A DNA stretch of 64,000 nucleotides from Eledone cirrhosa (taxonomy: Eukaryota): assembly GCA_964016885.1 (NCBI GenBank), contig OZ024748.1:48546001-48610000 (forward strand), written 5' to 3'. Position 1 is the first letter of the stretch, and each line of letters begins with the position of its first letter. Shown here in pieces: positions 34,582 to 47,139 of this stretch. The position numbers and the translations under genes are program-made. A model generated the notes under the pieces. The model was not told the origin of the DNA. It was given only the letters and a program-made list of their open reading frames with translations, and ran no database searches.

Positions 34582-35778
34582 CACTGCTACCACCTCACTG
34601 TAGCTACTACTACTACTACCACCACCACTACCACCTTACTGTAGCTACTACCACCTCTACTACTGCCTCTACCGCCTTACTGTAGCCACTACTACTACTA
34701 CTACTACCACTACTACCACCTCTACCGCCTTACTGTAGCCACTACTACTACTACTACCACTACTACCACCTCTACCGCCTTACTGTAGCCACTACTACTA
34801 CTACTACCACTACTACCACCTCTACCGCCTTACTGTAGCCACTACTACTACTACTACCACTACTACCACCTCTACCGCCTTACTGTAGCCACTACTACTA
34901 CTACTACCACTACTACCACCTCTACCGCCTTACTGTAGCCACTACTACTACTACTACCACTACTACCACCTCTACCGCCTTACTGTAGCCACTACTACTA
35001 CTACTACCACCACCACTACCACCTTACTGTAGCTACTACCACCTCTACTACTGCCTCTACCGCCTTACTGTAGCCACTACTACTACTACTACTACCACTA
35101 CTACCACCTCTACCGCCTTACTGTAGCCACTACTACTACTACTACCACTACTACCACCTCTACCGCCTTACTGTAGCCACTACTACTACTACTACCACTA
35201 CTACCACCTCTACCGCCTTACTGTAGCCACTACTACTACTACTACCACTACTACCACCTCTACCGCCTTACTGTAGCCACTACTACTACTACTACTACCA
35301 CTACTACCACCTCTACCGCCTTACTGTAGCCACTACTACTACTACTACCACTACTACCACCTCTACCGCCTTACTGTAGCCACTACTACTACTACTACCA
35401 CTACTACCACCTCTACCGCCTTACTGTAGCCACTACTACTACTACTACCACTACTACCACCTCTACCGCCTTACTGTAGCTACTACTACTACTACTACCA
35501 CTACTACCACCTCTACCGCCTTACTGTAGCCACTACTACTACTACTACCACTACTACCACCTCTACCGCCTTACTGTAGCCACTACTACTACTACTACTA
35601 CCACTACTACCACCTCTACCGCCTTACTGTAGCCACTACTACCACTACTACCACCTCTACCGCCTTACTGTAGCCACTACTACTACTACTACCACCTCTA
35701 CCGCCTTACTGTAGCCACTACTACTACCACTACCACCTCTACCGCCTTACTGTAGCCACTACTACTACCACTACTACA
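34582..35778. repeat. ~50-bp minisatellite CCACTACTACTACTACTACCACTACTACCACCTCTACCGCCTTACTGTAG
   Basis: Period 50 visible from 34741; units vary only in the number of CTA triplets. Confidence 0.97.
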
Positions 35779-37362
35779 GTGATGATGGACATTGTGTGAT
35801 GTTGCTACTGATAATGTGGTGATGATGGTGATGGTTGTGGTGGTGGTGGTGATGGTTGTGTTGGTGGTGGTAGTTATGATGGTTGTGGTGATAATGATAA
35901 TGATAATGATGATGATGATGTGGTGGTAGTGATGGTGATGGTGATGATGGTTGTGGTGGTGGTGATGATGGTTGTGGTGGTGGTGATGATGTTGATGACG
36001 ATGGGATGGTGATGGTAGTGATGGTGATGTTGGTGATGATGATGATGATGGGGTGATGGTGATACTGGTGGTGATGGTGATGCTGGTGATGGTGGGGGTG
36101 ATGATGGTGGTGGTGGTGGTGATGATAATGATGATGATGGGGTGATGGTGATAGTGGTGGTAATGGTGGTGATGGTGGGCGTGGTGATGCTGGTGGGGGT
36201 GGGGTCATGGTGATGCTGCTGGTGATGATGATGAGTATCTAATTGTTTTCTGAAATAGATGCCATTCTGATATGATTCAAAATCTGCAATCTGGTGAGGA
36301 GCAAATTAGTCGGATATCTTATATCTTGTAAGCCGTCCTATTGAATTATGTTGTTGTTGTTGTTGTCATTGCTGTTGTTGTTGTTGTTGTAGTCGTTATT
36401 GCTGTGATTGTTGTCATTGTTGCTGCTGCTGTTGTTGTCGTTGTTATTGTTGTGGTTGTCGTTGTCGTTGCTGTTGTTTTTCATCTTAATGACAAGTATT
36501 TTCTTTATCATAATTATTGCTATCGTCATCTTTATCATCACCACCACTACAATGAGGAAAATGACATTGACCACCACCACCACCACCACCATCACCTCTA
36601 CCATCATTGCCATTATCATCATCACCACTGCCACCTCCACTATCAATACTACCACATCCATCACCACCAACATCATCACCACTACTGCTACTATCTCCAC
36701 CATCCATACTATCTCAGCCATCATTTTCATCAACACCGCCAACACCACCACATCCACCATTATTACCATCACCATTAACACCACCACAATCATCACCACC
36801 CTTACTACCAACACGACCATCAACCCCACCACTACAACCACCACCACCACCACCACCATCACCACCATCCCCCTCACTACCAAGATGACCATCAGCCCCA
36901 CTACTACACCTACAGCCACCACCACCACCACCATTGACACTACTAGCCTCACTACCACCATGACTATCAACACTACTTTCACTACCAGCACCACCTGCTC
37001 CGCCACTACAACCACCAGCACCACCTGCTCCGCCACTACCACCACCATCACCACTCCACCACTACAACCACCAGCACCACTCCACCACTACAACCACCAG
37101 CACCACTCCACCACTACAACCACCACCACCACCACCATCACCACTCCACCACTACAACCACCATCACCACTCCACCACTACAACCACCAGCACCACTCCA
37201 CCACTACAACCACCAGCACCACTCCACCACTACAACCACCAGCACCACCTGCTCCGCCACTACCACCACCACCACCATCACCACTCCACCACTACAACCA
37301 CCAGCACCACTCCACCACTACAACCACCAGCACCACCTGCTCCGCCACCTACCATCAACTAT
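35779..37362. repeat. Trinucleotide low-complexity tracts: (GAT/GGT)n, (GTT)n, (CAC/CAT)n with a 26-bp unit near the end
   Basis: Direct inspection; short unique spacer at about 36235-36345. Confidence 0.9.
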
Positions 37363-38007
37363 GAGTGTTGTCATCATCATTATTATTGTTGTTATTTTAA
37401 TATAGTGCTAATCTGTTGCCAATATATCTGACAAAGCTATCTAATAATGGAATAGCAACAAATCTGTGACACTTCTAAAGCGAACTGCTGCTAATATCAG
37501 AGATGTTTCAATGGAAACTTGCTGGCTAAGATGAACACTTTGCCATCTTGGAGAGATAATTGTTAAGAATTTTCCTGTTGCTCCTTGTAATCTTTAATAA
37601 TGCAATGGGTTTTTTTGAAAAAAAAAAGGGGGGAGGGTGTGTGTGCTAATGCGGTGTGGTGTGGTGTGGTGTGGTGCGGTGTGTGAAGAATGAATTTCCA
37701 TATTCAGCTAAGAGATGAGAGGAGAAAGAGAGAGGAGTGAAGTGAGGGGAAAAAGAGAGAAAGAGAGAGGAGCAAAACTAGAAAGTGAAACAAAACTAGG
37801 GGAAGGGATGGTGGTGGGGTGGTGGGGGGGCGAGGGGGTAGGGGAAGTGATAACCCATTATCTTCATGGTGGGTGGAACAAGAATAGTGTTTATATATCT
37901 ATATCTACCTATCTATCAATATATATATATATATATATATATAAATATTATTTATGCATTTATTGTTATTACTATCATATATATATATATACACACACAT
38001 ATATATA

Positions 38008-38052
<45 letters not shown>

Positions 38053-38166
38053 TGGTGAACAAGGAGATTTAGAAATAAATGTTTATTTACTCGTTATATT
38101 TTGTTTCTACTACACACAAATATATATATGTTATATTTTATTTCTACTATATACATATATATATGT

Positions 38167-38226
<60 letters not shown>

Positions 38227-38663
38227 AATATAGACATATACATATAGTGTTTTTAAAGCAACTTCTAACAAAGAAGGCTGTGGTGGGGAAGGAAACATTG
38301 GATAGATATTTATTGTGGAAAGTTGGGGAAAAAAAAGCTTAGATTTACAATTAAGGGAATGTGTTATATCTGCTATTGTTGTGTGTTATTATTGGTTTTG
38401 TTTTTGGTATCTTTTAAGTCACATGGTTACAGCTTTCTGGATTCATAAACAGCTACTGCTTTCAGGAGGGAAAAAACATTTTTTGTTTATGTCTTATACA
38501 CACACACATACGCATATACAGATACACACACACACATATACATGTATACATAGATACACACATAGATACATACACACACATACATACGCATATACATACA
38601 TATGTATATATATTTATATCTATATATATATATATGTGTGTATATATATGTCTATATATATAT

Positions 38664-39001
38664 ATATCAGAGTTTTCCTTCTCCTAGAATTCTGCCTTGA
38701 CAAAGGCTAAGGGGTCATCTCTCCCGGTGATTTTGGATGGCCATTGACTCTTAAGAGCTCCCTTGCCCTTTGACAGGTTTTGTTTTTAGTCCTGCAGGAT
38801 GTCCAAAGTCACCCTCCTCACCAAGAAACCTTGGTGGGGTTACCAGTTTAGTCAATAATTGTCACAAGTGTAGTGTTTGTACCAGAGTTTTCAAGTCACT
38901 GGCTGGATTAAAAAGTCACACTCGTTCAGCGCATCGGTAGGGGTTCTCCTACATGGATATAAAGTAGTGGCCGTACTCGAAAACGAGTTGGCAGCCACCA
39001 T
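38664..39001 (+). mobile_element. RTE-derived non-autonomous element with an inverted 5' segment
   Basis: 38664-38853 is the reverse complement of the head (compare 62649-62756); 38851-39001 is a near-identical direct copy of 62945-63094. Confidence 0.9.
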
Positions 39002-39730
39002 ATATATATATGTATATGTATGCCTGTGTATATGTATGCCTGTATATATATATGTATGCCTGTATATATATGTATGTATGCATATAGATGTCTGCATATA
39101 TATATATATATGTATATATATGTAGGCCTGTATATATAGATATATGTGTATATGTATATATATATGCCTATATATATATATTTATATGTATATATATGTA
39201 TATATATGTAGGCCTGTATATATAGATATATGTGTATATGTATATATATATGCCTATATATATATATTTATATATATATATTTATATATATATATTTATA
39301 TATATATATTTATATATATATATTTATATATATATATATTTATATATATATATATTTATATATATATGTATTTATATATATGTATTTATATATATATATG
39401 TATTTATATATATATATGTATTTATATATATATATGTATTTATATATATATATGTATTTATATATATATATGTATTTATATATATATATATATGTATTTA
39501 TATATATATATATATATGTATTTATATATATATATATATATGTATTTATATATATATATATATGTATTTATATATATATGTATTTATATATATATGTATT
39601 TATATATATATATATATATGTATTTATATATATATATATGTATTTATATATATATAGATGTATTTATATATATAGATGTATTTATATATATAGATGTATT
39701 TATATATATATATGCCTGTATATATATATA
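39002..39730. repeat. (TA)n-GTATT satellite
   Basis: Repeated TGTATT(TA)n units. Confidence 0.93.
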
Positions 39731-39984
39731 TGAAAGAGTGAAGAATAACATGGTCAACAGTACAAAAAGGGTTTTATTTACAGTATTAACACTTGTTTCA
39801 TTATTACTAATCACTTGAAGTTGTGTTATTCCGATGATTTGATTAGGCATACACTGTATTTAAGATTGAGTGACACAACTTCAAGTGATTAGCAATCTTT
39901 AGACACCCTAATCAATGAAGCAGTTGTTAATACTGCAAAATAAAACCTTTTGTACTGTTGACCATATTATTCTTCACTCTTTCA
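39731..39984. repeat. Imperfect inverted repeat (~100-bp arms), probably PLE-derived
   Basis: TGAAAGAGTGAAGAATAACATGGTCAACAGTACAAAA...CTAATCACTTGAAGTTGTGT pairs with ACACAACTTCAAGTGATTAG...TTTTGTACTGTTGACCATATTATTCTTCACTCTTTCA. Confidence 0.85.
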
Positions 39985-40161
39985 CTATTATTACTCCAAG
40001 ATTGCATAGGAATTCCCGCCAACTCGCCACCTAACCAAGGAAACCTCTTGTTGAGTCAAACAACGGCGTACATTAAAATTATCCACAATACAGAGTACTC
40101 ACAACCTCTAACTGGATTACCTGTAACGATAATTTGTTATCCCATATATATCATCATCATC

Positions 40162-40194
<33 letters not shown>

Positions 40195-40196
<2 letters not shown>

Positions 40197-40361
40197 TCAT
40201 CATTTTCGCTTAACGTCCATTTTCCACGCTAGCATGGGTTAGACGGGAGTTGTCCCACTTGAGGCAAGGCTGGTCGGGTGACCGTGTCTCGCTCATATAG
40301 GACTATCTGGCAGATTTTCTACGGCTGGATGCCCTTCCTAACACCAACCACATTTACAGTG

Positions 40362-40362
<1 letters not shown>
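40195..40362 (-). mobile_element. 5'-truncated RTE 3'-UTR copy
   Basis: (CAT)n-TTAACGTCCATTTTCCACGCTAGCATGGGTT...GGCTGGATGCCCTTCCTAACACCAACC. Confidence 0.85.
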
Positions 40363-40399
<37 letters not shown>

Positions 40400-40400
<1 letters not shown>

Positions 40401-40615
40401 CACAGGCAATCAAGAAACCTGCTGATGCTACTCTCTTACTAAATGATTTAGATGCCATATACTGATGGGCTGAAACCAACAATATGCAATTTAATGCAGG
40501 TAAGTTTCAAGCCCTCCGCTATCAACTCACAAACATAGGACCACCACAACAAAAGTACTCTTGACCAGGGGAATTGAACTAAATCAAAATCAATATGGGA
40601 CCTGGGTATTGACAT
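40400..40615 (+). mobile_element. CR1/L2-group LINE reverse-transcriptase remnant
   Basis: AQAIKKPADATLLLNDLDAIY*WAETNNMQFNAGKFQALRY ... DLGIDM, matching the LQxDLDxIxxWxxxNxMxFNxxK motif. Confidence 0.8.
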
Positions 40616-40704
40616 GTATATATATGTGTATATTGAAGAAATTAAAGCTTATATATATGTATGTGTATATTGACATGTATATATATGTGTATATATATAT
40701 ATGT

Positions 40705-41380
40705 AATAGTAATATACGTGAACGGCAAAGCATAAACGAACTAAGGAAAAAATTAGAAATAAGAGGGATCAGATGTTGTTTACTCGAGAGAAGGCTACGT
40801 TGGTATGGTCACGTGATGCGCATGAAAGACGACAGCTGTATAACAAAGTGCAGGGCAATAAAGATAGACGGTAGCCACGGAGTAGGCAGACCCAGAAAAA
40901 CCTGGGACGAGCTGATAAATTCTGACCTCACACACTTACACCTCTCCAAGACCTTTGGCGGTACTCAGTAATAGAGAAGACCCGCCTTACCTAAATACAA
41001 AGTAAAACCTACTACAGTCAGTAGGCATCTCTAACAAAATACACCCCCGTCCCACCACCCTCACCCCATCCACACTGCCCCTTTCAATGTAAAGTTATGT
41101 TGGTGCCACAACATCCAGGCTGAAACAAATGAGATCGTGTAGGTGTCACGACAAAAACAACACACAGTCCACGCTGTAAATGTGGCCGTGTAGGCAACAC
41201 GGTAAAAACCTCCCAGCCCCACACTGTAAATGTGGTTGGTGTTAGGAAGGGCATCCAGCTGTAGAAATCAAGCCAGACAGTCTTATGCGAGCAAGACAAC
41301 TACTCTTGCCTCAAGTGGGAAAACTCCCGTCCAAACCCATGAAATCGTGGAACATGGACGTTAAACGATGATGATGATGA
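40705..41380 (+). mobile_element. 5'-truncated RTE-clade LINE: ORF2 C-terminus, ~400-bp 3' UTR and (GAT)n tail
   Basis: IRERQSINELRKKLEIRGIRCCLLERRLRWYGHVMRMKDDSCITKCRAIKIDGSHGVGRPRKTW; the UTR contains GGTTGGTGTTAGGAAGGGCATCCAGCTGTAGAAATC. Confidence 0.9.
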
Positions 41381-41997
41381 TATATGTGTATATATATATG
41401 TATATATATGTGTATATATATGTGTGTGTATATATATGTGTGTATATATGTGTATATATATATATATATGTGTATATATATATATGTGTATATATATATG
41501 TGTGTATATATATATATGTGTATATATATATATATGTGTATATATATATATATGTGTATATATATATGTGTGTATATATATATATGTGTATGTGTATATA
41601 TATATATGTGTATATATATATATATGTGTATATATATATATGTGTATATATATATATGTGTATATATATATATGTGTATATATATATATGTGTATATATA
41701 TATATGTGTATATATATATATGTGTATATATATATATGTGTATATATATGTGTATGTGTATATATATATATGTGTGTATATATATGTGTGTATATATATA
41801 TGGGTATATATATATGTGTATATATATATATATATATGTGTGTGTATATATATATATGTATGTATATATATCTATGTGTATATATATAAATGGAAAAAAT
41901 GAAATGAAATGAAATTTCCCACTCTTAGTACGGCTGTACATACTTATATGTATATATGTGTGTGTATATATATGTATGTATATATATATATGTATGT

Positions 41998-42063
<66 letters not shown>

Positions 42064-42292
42064 GTATATGTATGTATGTATGTGTGTATGTGTGTGTATA
42101 TATATGTATGTATATATATATATGTATGTATGTATGTGTGTATGTATGTATGTGTATGTATGTATGTATATATATGTATGTATGTATATGTATGTATGTA
42201 TATATATGTATGTATGTATATGTATGTATGTATGTATGTATATATATATGTATGTATGTATATATGTATGTATGTATATATATGTATGTATG

Positions 42293-42330
<38 letters not shown>

Positions 42331-43125
42331 TGTATGTATATATATATATATGTATGTATATATATATATGTATGTATATATATATATATATATGTATGTA
42401 TATATATATATATGTATGCTATATATATGTATATATGTATGTATCATCATCATCATCATCATCATCACCGTTTTACGTCCGTTCTTCCACGCTAGCATGG
42501 GTTAGACGGGTTGTCCTGTTGTGGGCAGTGTCTGGTTGGCTGACCATGCCTTGCTCATACAGGAACTGATTTGGCTTGATTTCTACAGCTGGATGCCCTT
42601 CCTAACACCAACCTCATTTACAGTGGGTGCTGGGTGCTTTTTCGTGGCGCCTACACGTCAACTTTACAGTGTGGGCTGGGTGCTTTTTTGCCGTGGCACC
42701 TCCGCGACCACCTTGCGGTGGGGGGGGGGGGGGGCATATTGTTTATATGCTTCAGCATGTACCCATGGGAGGTCGGGTACCCTGTATTACTGCGTGACGC
42801 CAGAAGTCACGGTATGTATATGTATATATATGTATGTATATGTATATATATGTATGTATGTATATGTATATATATGTATGTATATGTATATATATGTATG
42901 TATGTATATATAATGTATGTATGTATATATATGTATGTATGTATATATATGTATATATATGTATGTATGTTTATATGTGTATGTATGTTTATGTGTATGT
43001 ATGTATATATATGTGTATGTATGTTTATGTGTATGTATGTATATATATGTATATATATGTATGTATATATATGTATATGTATGTATGTGTATATATGTAT
43101 GTATATATATGTATGTATGTATATG

Positions 43126-43164
<39 letters not shown>

Positions 43165-43217
43165 GTATATATATGTATGTATGTATGTATATATATATGT
43201 ATGTATGTATATATATG

Positions 43218-43263
<46 letters not shown>

Positions 43264-43471
43264 TGTATGTATATATATATGTATGTATATATATATGTAT
43301 GTATATATATATGTATGTATATATATATGTATGTATATATATTTATGTATATATATATATATGTATATATGTGTATGTATATATATGTATGTATATATGT
43401 GTATGTATATATATGTATGTATATATGTGTATGTATATATATGTATGTATATATGTGTATATATGTGTATG

Positions 43472-43522
<51 letters not shown>

Positions 43523-43770
43523 GTATATATGTGTATGTATGTATATATGTGTATGTATATATGTATGTATATATGTGTATATATGTGTATGTATATATGT
43601 ATATATGTGTATGTATATGTATATATGTATATATGTGTATGTATATATATATATGTATATATGTGTATGTATATATGTGTATGTATATATGTGTATGTAT
43701 ATATATGTGTATGTGTATGTATGTATATGTGTATGTATATATATATGTATTATATGTATATGTATGTATG

Positions 43771-43803
<33 letters not shown>

Positions 43804-44025
43804 TTATATATATGTATATATATGTATATATGTATGTATATATATGTATATGTATGTATATATATATGTATGTATATATATATGTATGTATATATATATG
43901 TATGTATATATATATGTATGTATTTATATATGTATGTATATATATATGTATGTATATATATATGTATATATGTATATATATGTATATATATGTATATATG
44001 TATGTATATATATATGTATGTATAT
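41381..44025. repeat. (TA)/(TG)/(TATG) compound microsatellite field
   Basis: Low complexity throughout except for the RTE copy at 42443-42812. Confidence 0.93.
42443..42812 (-). mobile_element. 5'-truncated RTE LINE (last ORF2 codons and 3' UTR)
   Basis: Minus strand [19 protein letters not shown] followed by the same UTR and tail as 41000-41380. Confidence 0.85.
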
Positions 44026-44490
44026 AAAGCTTTTTCTCCTTTCTATTTTATTAATACTAAATTTGGGATTGTTTTGTAAGAGCTTTGTTGGGAAAAATTC
44101 TTACAAAAAGAAAACCAAAAAAGTTATGATTATTTTTTCCCCCTTTTTTCGTTTTGTTTTGTTTTTCTTCATAGAAAAATTTCATTTCAAGTTTCCCCAT
44201 GAACTGGTTTTATTCTTTCATTTTCGTTAGCTTTTTTTATGGAATAAAATTTTAATTTTGCCAAAAATACCATTTATTTTTTGCTCCCTAATCATTGCAT
44301 AGAATCGTTCTTTAAAACAATAATATATTTAAAAGCCAGTGAAAATTCTCACTACTATCTCTTGCAGATTTTTTATTTGGATTTTGTGGTTTCTTTGTTT
44401 GGTATATATAGATCCCCCCTCCCCCACACACACATACATATATTTACACACACACACATTTGCAGGCTTCTCACATTTCTTCATTCATAG

Positions 44491-44528
<38 letters not shown>

Positions 44529-45173
44529 CTATATATATAAATATACATATATATATATATATATGCAGGGTTAGTGTCCAATAAGATAGATTATGATATT
44601 TGTTCCAACTGCTCTGTTTTAGTTATGGTGCTGTATGTCCTACGTTCAGATGACATCAAGATCTACCTTGATGTTTTCTAAAGTTTTTAAAGAAAATTAC
44701 ACCTACACAACTCAATACTGTTATTGCCATCTCTCCTAACTGTTAGATACTGGATGTTCTGATGGATGGCTCACAAGTGAGGGATTCAAGAGGGGTGCCA
44801 AAAATATATGGGGGGGGGGGGGGGGGGGCTCATAACAATTAACAAAACCATGGTAAATGCTACAAAGTCATATTCGGTTTCATCTATTTAGTGTTTGTGT
44901 CCATTCTGTTGCAGGTCTTTATTTTGAGGATACCTTGCCTCTTCTGTAACATCTAGCAGTCTTGGAGAGGATACATTTCCTCTTCTGTAAAATCTACCAG
45001 TCTTGGAGACCCTGAAAACTGTCATGGACACTAACCTTCCATCCTCGACTAAACAGTAAGAAAAAATATCCCTAAAAAACTACTGTTTATAATGTCTAAT
45101 ATTACTTTATGCTGCAAATACAATTCTTACTTAATACATTACACACACACATGCATTATCTATCTCTATATAT

Positions 45174-45271
45174 CTCGAGGTTAACTTTGCCTTTCATCCT
45201 TACGGGGTCGATAAAATAAAGTACCAGTAATACACTGGGTAATTGCTGGCCTTGTGCCTAACGTAGAAACA
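45174..45271 (+). mobile_element. 5'-truncated SINE family A copy
   Basis: TSD ATTATCTATCTCTATATAT at 45155-45173 and 45272-45290. Confidence 0.88.
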
Positions 45272-45292
45272 ATTATCTATCTCTATATATAT

Positions 45293-45657
45293 AGTTATAC
45301 TTTGGGAGAGTAATGTTGCCAATAAAAACACACGCACGTGTTGGTTTTCACTTCAATTCATTATAAGTTTCTGGTTGGTTGGTTGGTTGGTTCGATAACC
45401 GGAAGGTTGTTTATATATTGTCAAAGCTTTCATCACACATTCTGTGACCTCCTCAGAGACTAGGGTTTTATTTCATGTATCTCTCCTTTGTTCTGTCCTA
45501 CACCATCTTGTTTGTGTGTTGAGCGCACGTGTTACTAAGCACACAGCACAGGTGCGTGTGTTTTTATTGGCAGTATAACCCTCCCAAAGTATAACAATAT
45601 CTGTTTCAACACACGCTTTCAGATAAGAAATCTCACAAAACAAATTCAAAAATGAAA

Positions 45658-45660
<3 letters not shown>
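45293..45660 (-). mobile_element. PLE-derived repeat (family H3) with partial inverted duplication
   Basis: Homologous to 20984-21215; 45294-45340 is an imperfect reverse complement of 45549-45597. Confidence 0.75.
45420..45460 (-). ncRNA. Minimal PLE-type hammerhead motif (family H3)
   Basis: GTCT-CTGAGGA-G-GTCACA-GAATG-TGTGAT-GAAAGCTT-TGAC; palindromic AAGCTT replaces stem III; one stem I mismatch. Confidence 0.65.
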
Positions 45661-45692
<32 letters not shown>

Positions 45693-45811
45693 CATCATCA
45701 TCATCATCATCATGATTTTACGTCCGCTTTTCCCTGCTTGCAAGGGTGGGACGGGTCTTATTCAGCACAGCATCTCTCCATTTATATATATATATATATA
45801 TATAACATGCA

Positions 45812-45848
<37 letters not shown>

Positions 45849-46029
45849 CCACCCACACGCACACACCCACCCACACATACTCGGCTCCTCCCTTTACAGG
45901 TGAGTACACAGGTGACACTCAAGAGTAACAAGACTCATCACTTAACTCCATAATATAGAATATTTAAACTTGACTTCACATGTGTATGTGTCTCTCTCTC
46001 TCTCTGTATATATATATATATATATATAT

Positions 46030-46301
46030 AGACTACCACTAAAGGAATTGAAGATTCAAGACCTTAGGGGTATGTCGTATAACCAATCTCTTATATATTT
46101 TATCTGATGAAAACGTACTGAAACACCATTGTACCTTTGAAATATGTATAATAAAATATATACTTTGGTTATGATAATATTTCTCATTTATTAATATTTT
46201 GAATAATATTATAGATACTCCAGATAAATTTCTGTCGAGTGCTTCTAATCTATTGTAAAATTGAATTCGTTGAATAATCAACGAACCATATAAACTTTTG
46301 G

Positions 46302-46305
<4 letters not shown>
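46030..46305 (-). mobile_element. Possible highly degenerate PLE GIY-YIG remnant
   Basis: Across frameshifts: KVY(I)GS...QFYN...KHST..LS...P.VLN; lies next to a hammerhead-bearing repeat. Weak. Confidence 0.3.
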
Positions 46306-46339
<34 letters not shown>

Positions 46340-46844
46340 GAGAGGTATAGAGATTGTTTTAGCAAGAAGCTAACGGCATTCTATAACATATATGCGACTA
46401 TAACGTCAAGATGGGAAAAGTAGTTAACGAAAGATTTAGGAAAAATAACTCAAACTCATCTCAAAAGAGAATCAGGATATAAATTCATCCACAGAATTTA
46501 GTAAAATCCAGGGAAAAATCTATAGACCTTTAACTCATGATAAAATAAAGTTTGAAACACTTATCCTTCAATTTGGAATAACATCAAATGCTCTGTATAG
46601 TCTTAAAAGACTATTTCATGAAAACTTTCAGTGGAGATGGTCACGGTTGGATTTCATTCATCAGCAGAGCTCAACAGAAAACCAGGACTCTCACAGTAAT
46701 ATAATCCGAAAAAGGGAATTCTAAAACTGGCTAGTTCGCCTTCATGTGTAATTATGAAAAAGCACATGAGGAAAAAATGGGGCTAGTGACGTCAGGATGG
46801 AAGTGAATGTTTATTTACAAGAAATAGCAGTCAAATATATACGT

Positions 46845-46985
46845 AGGTCCCGGGTTGAGTCGGGGATAACCACAGTAAGTAAGGTACTCAATACATGGCA
46901 GAGTAAAATTTTTTGACACCCAGCTTCCTGAAGATTTCATCTGAATGAAACAGTACTAGTCCTGTAGAAGCTCCTTCTATAAAAT
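46845..46985 (+). mobile_element. PLE terminal-repeat-like sequence (family H1)
   Basis: CCGGGTTGAGTCGGGGATAACCACAGTAAGTAAGGTACTCAATACATGGCAGAGTA plus hammerhead; a second copy is at 62447-62560. Confidence 0.75.
46922..46972 (+). ncRNA. Minimal type I hammerhead ribozyme motif (family H1), best-formed copy
   Basis: AGCTTC-CTGAAGA-TTTCATCTGAAT-GAAA-CAG-TACTAGTC-CTG-TA-GAAGCT; perfect 6-bp stem I, palindromic ACTAGT in loop III, short stem II with a U-U first pair. Confidence 0.78.
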
Positions 46986-47009
46986 AAAAAAAAAAAAAAA
47001 TATATATAT

Positions 47010-47077
47010 ATTGAAAGCAAAATTTTTTGCTTTTAAGAAACCACTGGTAAATGAAATAATTGCCTTATGTTGTTTAT

Positions 47078-47082
<5 letters not shown>
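47010..47082 (+). mobile_element. 5'-truncated family H2 copy lacking CTGAGGA
   Basis: TTGAAAGCAAAATTTTTTGCTTTTAAGAAACCACTGGTAAATGAAATAATTGCCTTATGTTGTTTATTACAT matches 20751-20822. Confidence 0.85.

Positions 47083-47139
<57 letters not shown>

Noticed and set aside
33469-37364. Pro/His/Thr-rich mucin- or extensin-like ORFs
   Set aside because: CAC-type repeats with frequent frame-breaking unit lengths (23, 26 and 50 bp).
46104-46135. CTGATGA...GAAAC hammerhead-like spacing
   Set aside because: No pairing for stem II or stem I; probably chance.
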